DNA from: Octopus vulgaris
Lineage: Eukaryota
Direction of reading: 5' to 3'
Assembly: GCA_951406725.2 (NCBI GenBank)
Contig: OX597817.1
Coordinates: 149,544,001 to 149,608,000, forward strand
Length of the DNA: 64,000 nucleotides
The position numbers and the translations under genes are program-made. Shown in pieces: positions 27,715 to 39,825 of the stretch. The notes beneath the pieces were generated by a model, which did no database searches, was not told the DNA's origin, and worked only from the letters and a program-made list of their open reading frames with translations. Position 1 is the first letter of the stretch. The number at the start of each line of letters is the position of its first letter.

Positions 27715-28230
27715 AGCAGCATTATCCGGTAGGGAATGAGCTGGCGGATGAGAACGCGAAACAAGATCAGGTGGGGGGGGCAGATTGGCATTATGCAGCA
27801 GCAAAGGCGGCTATCAAACGATCGATAAGAAGCCCTCCAATGCAGCATGAACGGTTGCAAAAGGTTTATGGTGAAAGAGGAGAAAAGCCCAATAGCATCG
27901 AGGAACGACAGTTGACTCGCCAAGTCACGCTTAGCAGATTGCGAAGCGGCCACCATCCGGATTTGAGAAGCCGGCAGCACAAGATTGGAAGAATTGAGGA
28001 CCCTATTTGCCGCAATTGCAAAATGGGTGAAGAAACGGGAGAACACGTGATGCTGAAGTGCCCAGCTATCCATCCGTCGATCCGCGGTCAGCTGACGGAC
28101 CCCGATGCGATTGCGAAGGAGCCCAGACTTGCACTCAAGGTGTGGGAGAGATGGCGGAGAAGCAGGTGGTGATTGAGGAGCAGCACTAATCAACTATCTA
28201 GCCGGTAGTTGCTAAACAACAACAACAACA
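27715..28230 (+). mobile_element. 5'-truncated LINE 3' end (I-group-like): RNase H end, CCHC knuckle, (CAA)n tail
   Basis: GNELADENAK (RNase H), LSRLRSGHH...CRNCKMGEETGEHVMLKC, stop at 28172, tail AACAACAACAACA. Confidence 0.8.
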
Positions 28231-29113
28231 GAAGCATTATCCTCCATCAGAGTCTTGAAGGACGCTATCGGTTCATATTCCTCTGATTCAGTCTAGCTAG
28301 CAACTCTTTTAAAGCAATATCAAGACTTATTTTCACTTCACCCTTGTATCAAGAATACATATATTTCTATAATCAAAGATTTAGTATATTCTTTTATGGC
28401 CATACGACTCTTATTCTGCATAAGGTATGATGATATCTTTATCCTGTATCCTAATTTAGCGTGAGAATAACAAATATCATAAATTCTTAAAATGTTGGTG
28501 GATGTCTCAAACATCATAGCACTGTGCAAATGTTTGGCTATATTTGTTGGTTTCTTTGCGTTCTGATTCCCAATCGTGAGGGATACAACATTGTCTTTCA
28601 TCTTTCCAATGTCGATAAAGAGAATAAAGAGAATAGCAGTCATATTTTGGTGTCGGTTTTAAATAAGTACAATCCAAACACCATGTTCGATTTAACCGAC
28701 CGAAACATCAACCACAGTATACGGTCTTGTGTCAAGTCAGAAATGTACATTGGCAGTATGCTCAGACATGGAATACCACACTTATTGGGAAAGAGTATAT
28801 TCGATTAACATTGACCCCAGTTTGTGAGTGACACTGTATTTTGTCGACCTCGAAAGAATGGAAGTAAAGTTGATATTTGACATTCTTTTTAGCTTGTGAA
28901 GGCTATTACCGTATCGAAATCTCAACTCTTCTGCATAGATAACAAAGATAAATTAAATAGAGAGATACTATTGACAATCCAATAATTTATTTATACTATA
29001 TATTATATTATAATATTAAAATATTACATAATATACTATGGATATAATATAACATAATATTATATAACACAAACAATTATTTAAAAAACCCAAAAAGGTC
29101 AACGAATACATTT

Positions 29114-29152
<39 letters not shown>

Positions 29153-30396
29153 AACAGTTCCCTTATATATATATATAAGTCACTTCAGGGTCATGGTTTA
29201 AAGATAGACGAAATTCCAGGTGAAAGGACGCTGGATTGTAAAAATTAATTCAAATGTCAATGCATTATGAGCGGAAACGATAACTATTCAATCATACATC
29301 AATTACAATTAAAGAACAACAAAAACATTCTAACGGACGATAAAACCAAGTAACTGCAATCCACAATCATCGAAATTCACTTCATTACATCTCAAACACT
29401 CACCAATCGGAACCCTTTCATGTCCAAGATAGTCCCTCGTCACCACAACATACAACAATAAGATATGTGTGTATATAATTAACTAAGTCTTCCCCTATTT
29501 AGAACTGCAACAAAAATATATAAACAATTACATCTTCAATACAACAATGCTTCCATTTATTTAAATTAATTGATATAAAAAAATTATTAAATTTAATAAT
29601 AATCTTCTATATTTATTGTTTATCGGAGGGTTAATTCTGTAGTAGATATGAATAGAAACTTAATTTTTTTCCTAGTTTACTTAATTTATCATAGGGAGAA
29701 TTCAGCAATAAACTTTAATATAGGCTTAAGGCTGTAAATGCGATAACCAAAGTACCCCATAGATATATATTTTGGCTATAGTAATGGAAATCAAATTTAT
29801 TAACTTTGTTAGGGGTAACCAGATTTGAAGTTATTTAAATAATGATTGTTATTCGTATTTTATGGAAGGGAGGATTTGATGAATCGATAGAAATCATTAA
29901 TACAAACTAAACAAGTAATAAGGACTATTCTCGATGAATTAATATTATTTTTACAAAATAAGGGACCATATATGGTGCATATCCAAATTATATCAATACT
30001 TTCAGAAGTAACAAACAACATTGTTATAATAAGAATACAATTTATAAACTATACAATACTATGATAATTATTATTTTGGTTATTAAATTTATTAAGTGAA
30101 ATGAAACTATTGATCGTTATCATTATTATTATTATTATTATAATTACCATCAATTAATTAATAAATGAAATAAGTGTATCTATACACATATTCATTTAGT
30201 ATAATGAAGACATCTTACTTGCGATATGTAATTAATATTAAATACTGGTATAATGATAAATTTAACTAAAATGAAGCAATTCAGAATTAGTCCACTAATA
30301 ATTAATTTTCGAAATTAAGTTATGTAGATTAAGATGACAAAATCAAATATATACATATCTGCACACACACACACACATACACATATATATATATAT

Positions 30397-30454
<58 letters not shown>

Positions 30455-30475
30455 CTAAGTTGTGTTTTATGTTGT

Positions 30476-31637
30476 TCAGTGGTAACAATGTGGGTAGTTC
30501 TTGTATGGAGCTGTGTGTGTATCATTTTCTTGTTGGTAGTGGGTGTGTGGTCTTTGTGATTTGCATAGGTGGTTGCTGATAGCTCGTTGGATCTCCTGGC
30601 TTAGGTCGGCCTTCATATTTTCTAGGTAAGACAGTAAAAAAGAGTTACCTCTTTGGTTTTCCACTTGGTTAGAGGATACATATTTCATGTTGGTGTTATT
30701 TGGTGTTATGGTTTTTTCATGGTTCTGTCTACGTTGTTTGATTGTAGGAGGGGAAACGTGGTTGTGTTTTGTTCTTGTTGTTGTCGTAGATTTCCTCTGT
30801 TGCTGTTTATATTTATTCTGTGATCGTTTTGTGCCCTTCAGATGGTTGTGTTGCATTCTGGGTTCAGGCACATCCTTAGAGAGACAGAAGTTTTGCACAG
30901 TTTAGGATGGAAGAAGGTGCATGCATTGCCTTTTGTTCATCCATATTTGGGATCAGGACCATGGACTCTGTATTTAGGACAGTATTTGGGGTGGAGGTGA
31001 GGGCAGTTTTTCCCGTTATACCATATGGACAGGTGCCCTTAACAAGTCTACGACATAAGGTAGGATGGAAAAAAGCACAGCGTCCATTGTTGTTGGTGCT
31101 GCTGGGGCCAAATCTACAGTTACCTTGAGAATAGTAACGGCAGGGTGTTTTATGTGGGTATAGTAGTGGTTTTCCTATTCTGGCTGTAATAGCAGTAGCA
31201 GAGCGTTGTTGTTGTTGTTGCTGTAGCAGCAGTGAAACTTGACTTGGAATCGGGTCAGGTACTGAAGCAGGCTGTTGTTGTTTTTGTGATAGTGAGTTGT
31301 TGAGTGGAATGGGCGGAATTAGGTCAGATGTTTGTTGCTGGCTATCGGGTCGTTGAAGTGACCCCTGACCTGTTGGAGTTGGGTCATTTGGTGCACTACG
31401 TTCATTGACAAGGATGGCTTCTAGAGTTACCATGTACGTGTGTAAAATAGGAAATATTCTAACAATTTCTTTTATTTTATTTTCGATCTGTTTTACAGAT
31501 CTGTGAAAGGATTGTTTTGCTAATTTTTCAGCTATTTTACTGTAAACATTAGCTTCATTGTGGTGAGTGTACCAAGCATTTATCATTGCAGTGATTTCAT
31601 TTTCAACCCAGTGGCGTTTCTGAATATTATTGGCCAT
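30476..31637 (-). pseudogene. LINE ORF1: N-terminal Myb/SANT-like (trihelix-type) domain, Q/P linker, four CCCH zinc fingers
   Basis: WVENEITAMINAW...VYSKIAEKLAKQSFHRSVKQIENKIKEI; fingers CRYYSQGNC..CAFFHP, CRRLVKGTC..NCPHLHP, CPKY..G*TKGNACTFFHP, CKTS..MCLNPEC.HNHLKGTKR; frameshifts at about 31009 and 30850; TGA at 30937-30939. Confidence 0.8.
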
Positions 31638-32039
31638 ATTCAGTGGGGCAGACTTGATGTATAATAGTGAATACACCGTTGTAAAGTTTGTGTCGATATA
31701 TTCGGAAATCTGAGTGTGTGTGGGAGAGTTCAGTGTATTTTGTACAAATCAGGATGAGCGGTGAGTTTAATACAGATCAAGGAAGAGGAATTGTACTCAC
31801 GGGACTAGTTTTAGAACTAGTCTTGGGTTTAGTTTTGGTTTATATTTCCTTCTCCAGGTTGTATATAGATTTGTTTAAATTTATCCTCCGATGGGAGTAG
31901 AAGAGTAGAATAGTAGAATTGAAGAATTCAAAAGTACTGGGACTAAAAACAATGAGAGTTTCTGCTGGCTTGAGTTGAAATATGCTTCTTTGGCTACTGA
32001 CTTTCACCGGAGCTATGAAAAGTACGTCTTGTCACGACG

Positions 32040-35026
32040 AAAACACAACTTAGAACAAGGCAAACATCAAACTCCCCTTACTTCGACATTCCTGTTAAAT
32101 GTACGTGACATCAACCCATCAATTATTGCCCAAAAATGGAAGATCCCATATATAGAGAGTTGGCTTGCCGAAACGGCACATTGCTTCCCTTTCTTTATCC
32201 TTACCGAGACTCACCTGAACAACACCCATATGGACGCAGAGGTGAAAATAAAAGATTTCACCATTGTTCGTGCGGATCGCACAGACCGAAATAATGGAGG
32301 GACAGCCATCTTTATCCATGACTCCTTTTCACTTGATGCCAAGGACATATTTTCCAATGGCTATTGTGAATCTGTATCACTATTAAGCAAGGCCAAGGAC
32401 ATAATCATTGTTGGTCTTTACAGGCCTCTCCAAGCACCTCTAAAGTGCTTTGAAGAGTGCCTTAGTAAAGTCAAGTTCTTCCTTCGGAAGTACAACTCCG
32501 GAAACATACTAGTGATGGGTGATTTTAACCTCCCTCATGTGAACTGGCCCACAAATACTCTGAAGTTAGGCAAATACTCTATATCAGATAGAGCAGCAGC
32601 AGAACTGCTCTTTAATCTAATGGATGAATACTTCCTGACTCAGCTAGTGCTCGAACCAACGAGACAGAATAAAACGATCTTGGATCTGGTATTGACCAAT
32701 CACTCTAGCTTCGTTCACAGTATTTCAGTTGAAAAAACTCTCCTCTCAGACCACGACATGATACTCTGCAATATCAATTCCCGACATATAAAAACCAAAC
32801 CAGCCAATCCCACTCCATGGCACTCATTTGACAACATAAACTTCCACAAAGCGGACTGGGGAGCAATCAGAGAGGATCTGTCTTGCATCGACTGGTCTTT
32901 TACTCTCAATTCCACCCATACTGAGACCGCATGGCAGCACTTTGAAAACATTGTCACCTATACATGCTCTAAACACGCTCCCACGAAATCTACTAACACA
33001 AACAGAAACCGGCTCCCTAAAAAGAAAACAATACTCATCAGGCGCATCAAAAGACTCAACAAAAAAAATCAACCAATTAAAATATTCCCACATACAACAT
33101 CCAAATTCAACAACAATGAAAAGGCTAGAGCTGGAAAAACTTCATCTACAGAACGACATGAAAACCTCCATTGAAAATCAAAGAGCTGTGGAGGAACAGT
33201 GGGTAATCAAAAACATCAAACAGAACCCAAAAGTGTTCTATTCTTATGCAAATAAGCATAGAACCACTGTCTCACCCATTGGGTCATTGATTGATGATAA
33301 CGGCATTCCCCAACACGATGCTAAAGAAATGGCAGAAATACTGCAGAAACAATACTGCTCTGTCTTTAGTGTTCCCACTGATATTGACACAAGAGAAGCG
33401 AACGAAGTTGACTCTCAACATAAAATCTCAGACATAACCTTCACTGCCATTGACATCACAGCAGCAATAAATGAGGTCAAATACTACTCTGCTGTAGGCC
33501 CTGATAGATTCCCCGCTAGTCTCCTGAAGGAATGTAGACACCAACTTGCAGTCTCTCTGACCAACTTCTGGAAAAATTCGTTAGACGCAGGTTATATACC
33601 GAAACAGTTTCTATCCCAGTTAGTCATTCCGGTTTTCAAACAGGGAAACAGATCCCTCGCACTCAACTATCCCCCAATCTCACTCACCTCCCACATCATC
33701 AAAGTGTTTGAAAGAGTGTTAAGATCAAGGATAGCTGACTTCCTGGAGACCCACAAACTCCTAAATGCAAATCAGCATGGCTTTCGCTGTGGCAGGGACT
33801 GTCTAACACAGCTCTTACACCACATTGAAGATGTACTCAAAGCCTTGGGAACAGGTTCGAACTCTGATGTCATATATCTTGACTTCAGTAAAGCGTTCGA
33901 CAGGGTAGACCATAATATCCTACTCTCAAAATTGGCAAATGTTGGAATCCGCGTAAAAGTTCTACACTGGATCAAGTATTTCCTGGCGAATAGAACACAA
34001 CATGTTGTGATTGATGGAGTCCACTCAAGCCCAGCAAAAGTCACCAGTTGTGTCCCCCAGGGGACTGTCTTGGGCCTGCTACTCTTCATAATTTACATAA
34101 ATGACCTTTCCAGTGTCGTACATTACTGCAAAGTGAAAATATTTGCTGATGACACTAAGCTCCAGCAAATCGTCAATGAAGAAGCAGACCGAACTCAACT
34201 CCAGTCTTATCTATATGCTGTGAGTCAATGGGCAGACAGAAACAAAATGCAACTGAACGAGGGAAAATTTGAGCTGATGCATTTTGGAAGAAATTCCTCA
34301 CTAAAACAGCCATACTCTCTTCCTTCAGGGGAACCGCTCACAGCCCCTAACAATATCAGAGACATGGGTGTAATTGTTGACGACGATCTCAGTTGGAGTG
34401 CACACATCAACAAGAAGGTCGATATAGCTCGTAGGATGAGTTCCTGGGTCTTAAGAACTTTCCGGTCCAGAGAACAAGGTGTCATCATACCACTTTTCTC
34501 CTCCTTTGTACGGCCACACCTCGAATACTGCTGCCCACTGTGGTCTCCCCATACAAGACAAAACATCTCGAGAATTGAATCACCCCAGAGAGCACTCACT
34601 AAACGAATTGAAGGCATGGCTGCTCTCGATTATTGGGATCGCCTTAAAGCCTTGAAACTCTACTCTCTCCAGCGTCGCCGTGAGCGGTACATCATTTGTA
34701 CGATGTGGAGAATATACCGCCAACTTAGCCCAAACGACCTGAACATTAGCTTCAAGGTTCATCCAAGACTGGGACCACGTGCCATACGTCCCCTGTCCAA
34801 TTCAAGATCACAGCATACATGTACACTACAACATAATTTCTTTTCCTCAACAGGCCCTGCCCTATTTAACATTGTCTCGAAAGAGGTCAAAGAGGAACAG
34901 GATCCCATCAACTTTAAACGGAGTCTGGATAGATTCCTTCAAGGAATACCATATAAGCCACCCATAATTGGATACAACTCACCCAACAAAAACTCACTAC
35001 TTGAATGGACCATAAACAAAACTTGA
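32040..35026 (+). pseudogene. LINE ORF2: apurinic endonuclease plus reverse transcriptase (one frameshift in the A8 run at 33061-33068)
   Basis: APE motifs ILTETHL, GGTAIFI, YRP, MGDFN, LDLVL, SDH; RT motifs QHGF, YLDFSKAFD, VPQGTVLG, FADDTK, RPHLEYC. Confidence 0.95.
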
Positions 35027-35143
35027 CTTAAACAGGATTCAAATAATCCTATCAGGTGGTGCTATTAAGTTAGACATGGCCTGGACCAATCATTGGTCGA
35101 AACATGTCTATGTTTATCTAAGTTTATCTTTATATACACATAT

Positions 35144-35237
35144 GTAGAACTTTTCCGCGGATTCCAACATTTGCCAATTTTGAGAGTAGGATAGTATGGT
35201 CTACCCTGTCGAACGCTTTACTGAAGTCAAGATATAT
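35144..35237 (-). mobile_element. Inverted copy of about 94 bp from the same LINE's RT core
   Basis: Reverse complement of about 33872-33965 (IYLDFSKAFDRVDH.ILLSKLANVGIR.KVL) with 2 substitutions. Confidence 0.9.
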
Positions 35238-35308
<71 letters not shown>

Positions 35309-35347
35309 GCAAGATTTTTTATGTGAAGTCGTGTGTTGAAACAGATA

Positions 35348-35495
35348 TTGTTGTATTTTGGAATGGTCCTTTTGCCAGTTTAGCCAATAAAAACACACGC
35401 ACTATATATTTAGTGTTACTGAAGCAAAGTAACACAAAATATATAGTGCGTGTGTTTTTATTGGCTAAACTGGCAAAATGACCATTCCGAAATCT

Positions 35496-35501
<6 letters not shown>
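35348..35501. repeat. Palindromic repeat element (arms of about 73 bp)
   Basis: GGAATGGTC.TTTTGCCAGTTTAGCCAATAAAAACACACGCACTATATATTT.GTGTTAC and its reverse complement; between (TA)n runs. Confidence 0.85.
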
Positions 35502-35527
<26 letters not shown>

Positions 35528-35983
35528 GAATTTTTTGTATAATGAGATAAATATATATTAAGGTAACCAAATGCCTCGTCATCTAATTAGTTACGCGCAG
35601 GCGGCTACCCCGGTACTACCTGGTCGTGGTGATATATATATATACCGGACCAATACGAAAACGACCGAGTGGACTCGATTCAGACGTGATACATATTCAA
35701 CTCCTTCCACTTAAACATCTAATGTTGTGAGAGAACGTATGGAATTACCTCTGCTAACGTACAAAGTAAGTTTCTAATGTTTGTGCTTTAATCCAATAGA
35801 ATTCGGTCGCAGTTCGAACCCTAATCCTCCTTTATTTAAAAGAAAAATCCTCAAATACCAAAACGTGTCATTTCCTTTAATTCTAAATGGTTGTGGATTT
35901 CTAACAAATCCCCTTCCACATCTAGAATCACTTTTATATAATTAATCAACAGACCCAGATAGAAACTTAATCTTTCTTTACAT

Positions 35984-36400
35984 AAGGCGGCGAGCTGGCA
36001 GAAACGTAAGCACGCCTGACTAAATGCTTAGCGGTATTTCGCCTGTCTTTACGTTGTGAGTTCAAATTCCCCCGAGGTCGACTTTACCTTTCATCCTTTC
36101 GGGGTCGATAAATTAAGTACCAGTTACGCACTAGAGTCGATGTAGTCGACTTAATACCTATGTCTGTCCTTGTCTGTCCCCACTATGTTTAGCCCTTTGT
36201 GGGTAATAAAGAAATAGGTATTTCGTTTGCCGTTACGTTCTGAGTTCAAATTCCGCCGAAGTTGACTTTACCTTTCATCCTTTCGGGGTCGATTAAATAA
36301 GTACCAGTTACGCACTGGGGTCGATATAATCGACCTAATCCGTTTGTCTCTCCTTGTTTGTCCTCTCTGTGTGTAGCCCCTTGTGGGCAGTAAAGAAATA
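35984..36400 (+). mobile_element. SINE family A dimer
   Basis: TSD TCTTTCTTTACAT; second unit restarts at GGTATTTCG. Confidence 0.9.
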
Positions 36401-37698
36401 AGAAACCTTATCTTTCTTTACATGCACGGTCACAGCTATGGAGACGTTTTTGTATATTAACTCTCATCAGTTCATTGTAGCCTGATTATGCTTGCTTTAA
36501 TTAACTGACATGCACAATGACAGATTTTTGGTTAATTAAATGTAATTGTTTATGCCTTGTTCCTTGAGAGTCGCTAGATCTACTGTTAGCTTTTTGTTGT
36601 CTTTCTTCAACTTATTTCACGTTTCCACATTCACCTAATGCTTTCCTTTTTTTTCTGTTTTCATTCTCCAATCTTAGTACATCTGAAAATGTGCAACAGA
36701 AGCTTAGTTTCAAAGACTTAAAACCACATGGGATACATGTTTTTTATGTCTTTCTCTGTGTAAATAGCGAACAGAAATAAGGGTGTAATAAAAATTAATT
36801 AGATTAAATTACATTGATTAATTATTTGAATAATTAAAGAAAGATGAGAAGAAAACCAGTGGAAAAATAACAGAGGTGTCAATATACAAGTCGGCGAGCT
36901 GGCAGAATTGCTGGTACGCTGAACAAAGTGCTTAGCGGTATTTCGTCTGCCGTTACGTTCTGAGTTCAAATTCCGCCGAGGTCGACTTTGCCTTTCATCC
37001 TTTCAGAGTTGATAAAATGAATACCGGTCGACGTAATTGATTTAACACTTTTCTCGGACTTGCTGGTCTTGTGCCAACATTTGAAACCAATATACACAGT
37101 ATTGTAAATGAGCGTAACATATGTAAGGTGAATATATCTAACGATGACTGATTAGTGACCGATATTATGGGATCAATGTCATGCATGCAAAAAGGAAAAA
37201 AAAATAAAACAATTAATGTAAATTGAAAAATGACTGATGATGACCGACTGGTGACCGATGGCATGGTGTCAAAATCGATCTACATCAATACAACAATCAC
37301 GCGTGTCTCTCAGCTGAACAAGAAACGAGAGAAATGAAATAAAAATACAAAACAGAAAAAAATCAATAAAACTAAAGTGTATAATAATTGTCTTATTAAC
37401 AGATTTCCAAGCTGGTCTGTGTTAGTGACCAGGTCGCAGTTGAGAGACGGACATTTTGACACCTTATAAAATATATTTTATTTTAAAGAGAATTTGATAA
37501 CTTCCCGTGTTATCAAACGGTTCATCAGCAGTGTAGTTGCTTCAGTTTCACCATATGGTCTTAGAGATCGAATCAGTTGCTCGACACCAAAACTCGGCCA
37601 TATATACGTATTTCTACGTGGTGAATTGTAAAAAAAAATAAGAAGGAAAATGCACAGAAAATTTGATGTCGGAAAGAATATATATAAATGTATATGTT

Positions 37699-37769
<71 letters not shown>

Positions 37770-37826
37770 TTGATTTTATTCTCCTTACTTTAAAGTTGTA
37801 CGGATAATACCGCACTAATTATTGGT

Positions 37827-37915
37827 GCTTACGGGGACGTAAACACACCAGCATCGGTTGTCATGCGATATTGGGGGAACAAACACGCACGCACACACAC
37901 ACGCACACACGCACG

Positions 37916-37946
<31 letters not shown>

Positions 37947-38900
37947 ACACACACACACACACGCACATATTTATATATATATATATATATATATTTATAC
38001 GACAAGTTTCTTTCAGTTTCCGTCTACCAAATCTACTCAGAAGGCTTTGGTCGGCACCCGAGGTTATAGTAGAAGAGACTTACCCAAGGTTCCACGCAGT
38101 TGGACTGAACCCGGAACTATGTGGTTGGTAAGCAAGCTATTCACCACTCACCACACAGCCACTCCAGCGCACATATATGTTTGTGTTTGTGCGTGTATAC
38201 ATACACACACACAAAGAGATACATATATATATATATATATTTAGGCGTAGGATTGGATGTGTGGTTAGTAGCTTGCTTACAAACCACATGGTTCCGGGTT
38301 CAGTCCCACTGCATGGCACTTTGAGCAAGTGTCTTCTACTATAGCCTTTTGAGTGGATTTGGTAGACGGAAACTGAAAAAAGCCCGTCGTATATATGTAT
38401 ATATATGTGCGTGTGTGTGTGTATATGTTTGTGTGTCTGTATTTGCCCCCCCCCCCAACATAGCTTGATAACCGATACTGGTGTGTTTACGTCCCCATAA
38501 GCTAGCGGTTCGGCACAAGCTTACGAAGAATAAGTCCTAGGGTCGATTTGCTCGACTAAAGGCGGTGCTCCAGCATGGCCACAGTCAAATGACTGAAACA
38601 AGTAAAACAGTATATATATATATATATAATTTTGATTTTATTCACCTTATTTTAAAGTTGTACGGATAATACCGCACTAATTATTGGTGCTTCAACTTAA
38701 GTACCTAATTAATCTGAATATCAATAATATATATATACGACGGGCTTCTTTCAGTTTCCGTGTACCAAATCTACTCAGAAGGCTTTGGTCGGCGCCCGAG
38801 GCTATAGTAGAAGACACTTGCCCAAGGTTCCACGCAGTGGGAGTGAACGCAGAACTATGTGGCTGGTAAACGAGCTACTTACTACGCAGCCACTCCTATG
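37827..38900. mobile_element. Cluster of three SINE B copies (-, +, -)
   Basis: Matches to the family B copy at 18841-19323. Confidence 0.85.
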
Positions 38901-39040
38901 TGAACGGCAATAACAAATCAATGTTAATATAAATCTTTTATTTTCATGAGAAGAAGTTGAAAATATGGAGCCGCATTAGACTCACACACACATACACGCT
39001 CACACACACACACATGTGTGTAATGAAGACGTGTAGAGTG

Positions 39041-39121
<81 letters not shown>

Positions 39122-39157
39122 TGTGTGTGTGTTCACTCCTGATCGAGGAATGTTATC

Positions 39158-39391
39158 TATTTCGCTACTACCCACAAGGGGCTAAATACAGAGAGGACAA
39201 ACAAGGACAGACAAACGGATTAAGTAGATGATATCGACCCCAGTGCGTAACTGGTACTTATTTAATCGACCCCGAAAGGATGAAAGGCAAAGTCGACCTC
39301 GGCGGAATTTGAACTCAGAACGTAACGTCAGACGAAATACGGCTACGCATTTTGCCCGGCGTGCTAACGTTTCTGCCAGCTCACTGCCTTG
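39158..39391 (-). mobile_element. SINE family A
   Basis: 18-bp TSD TGATCGAGGAATGTTATC at 39140-39157 and 39392-39409. Confidence 0.92.
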
Positions 39392-39589
39392 TGATCGAGG
39401 AATGTTATCACTCGCCATACGCACTCAAATTTACACTTTATATATGTGGCTATGCTGGTTACTAACAGGTCCGGCCTCTTGATAAACATACACACTTGCA
39501 GGCATTGAAAACCAAGCTTTTTCTATTTACTACCTGGAAAAGGTATTTTGGAGCAGCTCGCTTAATTTCTGATTGAATAATGTATGTGT

Positions 39590-39825
39590 TTTTTCGAAAA
39601 TACCCATTCTTTCTTTTACTTGTTTCTCCCATTGGTGGCGATAACAAGCATTGCTTTCCCACTTGGCTTTCCATATTTCACACGCCTTCAACGAAGACTT
39701 CACTCAATCCTTAAATCTTGGTTTTGCTTTCTGCTGGGAGTTGCTTTCCGCAAACAAGTTCCGTTATATAGCATCTTCTTAGGGATTCTCCGATCATTCA
39801 TCCGAACAATACATGCATATCCACA
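39590..39825 (-). pseudogene. RTE-clade LINE C-terminal fragment
   Basis: IVRMNDRRIPKKMLY...PRFKD*VKSSLKAC...KWESNACYRHQW matches the RTE RMxDxRxPKxxLY...WExxAxDRxxW pattern. Confidence 0.75.

Larger units (their letters stand above)
30450..35130 (+). mobile_element. Near full-length CR1/L2-group LINE with 5' inversion (30450-32039 inverted)
   Basis: ORF1 on the minus strand, ORF2 (APE-RT) on the plus strand, 19-bp duplicated junction, 3' stem-loop and TTTATCT-type short repeat tail, inserted in (TA)n. Confidence 0.92.

Noticed and set aside
29560-30330. Possible very old Penelope RT remnant on the minus strand (FDFHYYSQ..MG-like)
   Set aside because: Too degraded and AT-rich to support from one motif
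30937-30939. In-frame TGA at a zinc-finger Cys position as selenocysteine
   Set aside because: A single TGY-to-TGA mutation in a copy that has other lesions is simpler; I saw no SECIS
30876-31676. 266-aa ORF as an independent host zinc-finger or Myb gene
   Set aside because: It is intronless and frameshifted, and is tied to ORF2 by the 19-bp duplicated junction, so it is the LINE's ORF1
31975-32039. N-terminus of the 399-aa ORF (MKYASLATDF...)
   Set aside because: It is the antisense of the inverted 5'UTR fused by chance to ORF2; LINE ORF2 sequence begins at the 32040 junction
32119-34762. Minus-strand ORFs within ORF2
   Set aside because: Antisense shadows of the APE-RT coding sequence
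37490-37530. CTGATGA-A-CCGT..ACGG-GAAG hammerhead-like motif (also 48422 and about 53200)
   Set aside because: Stem I or GAAA is missing, so it could be chance
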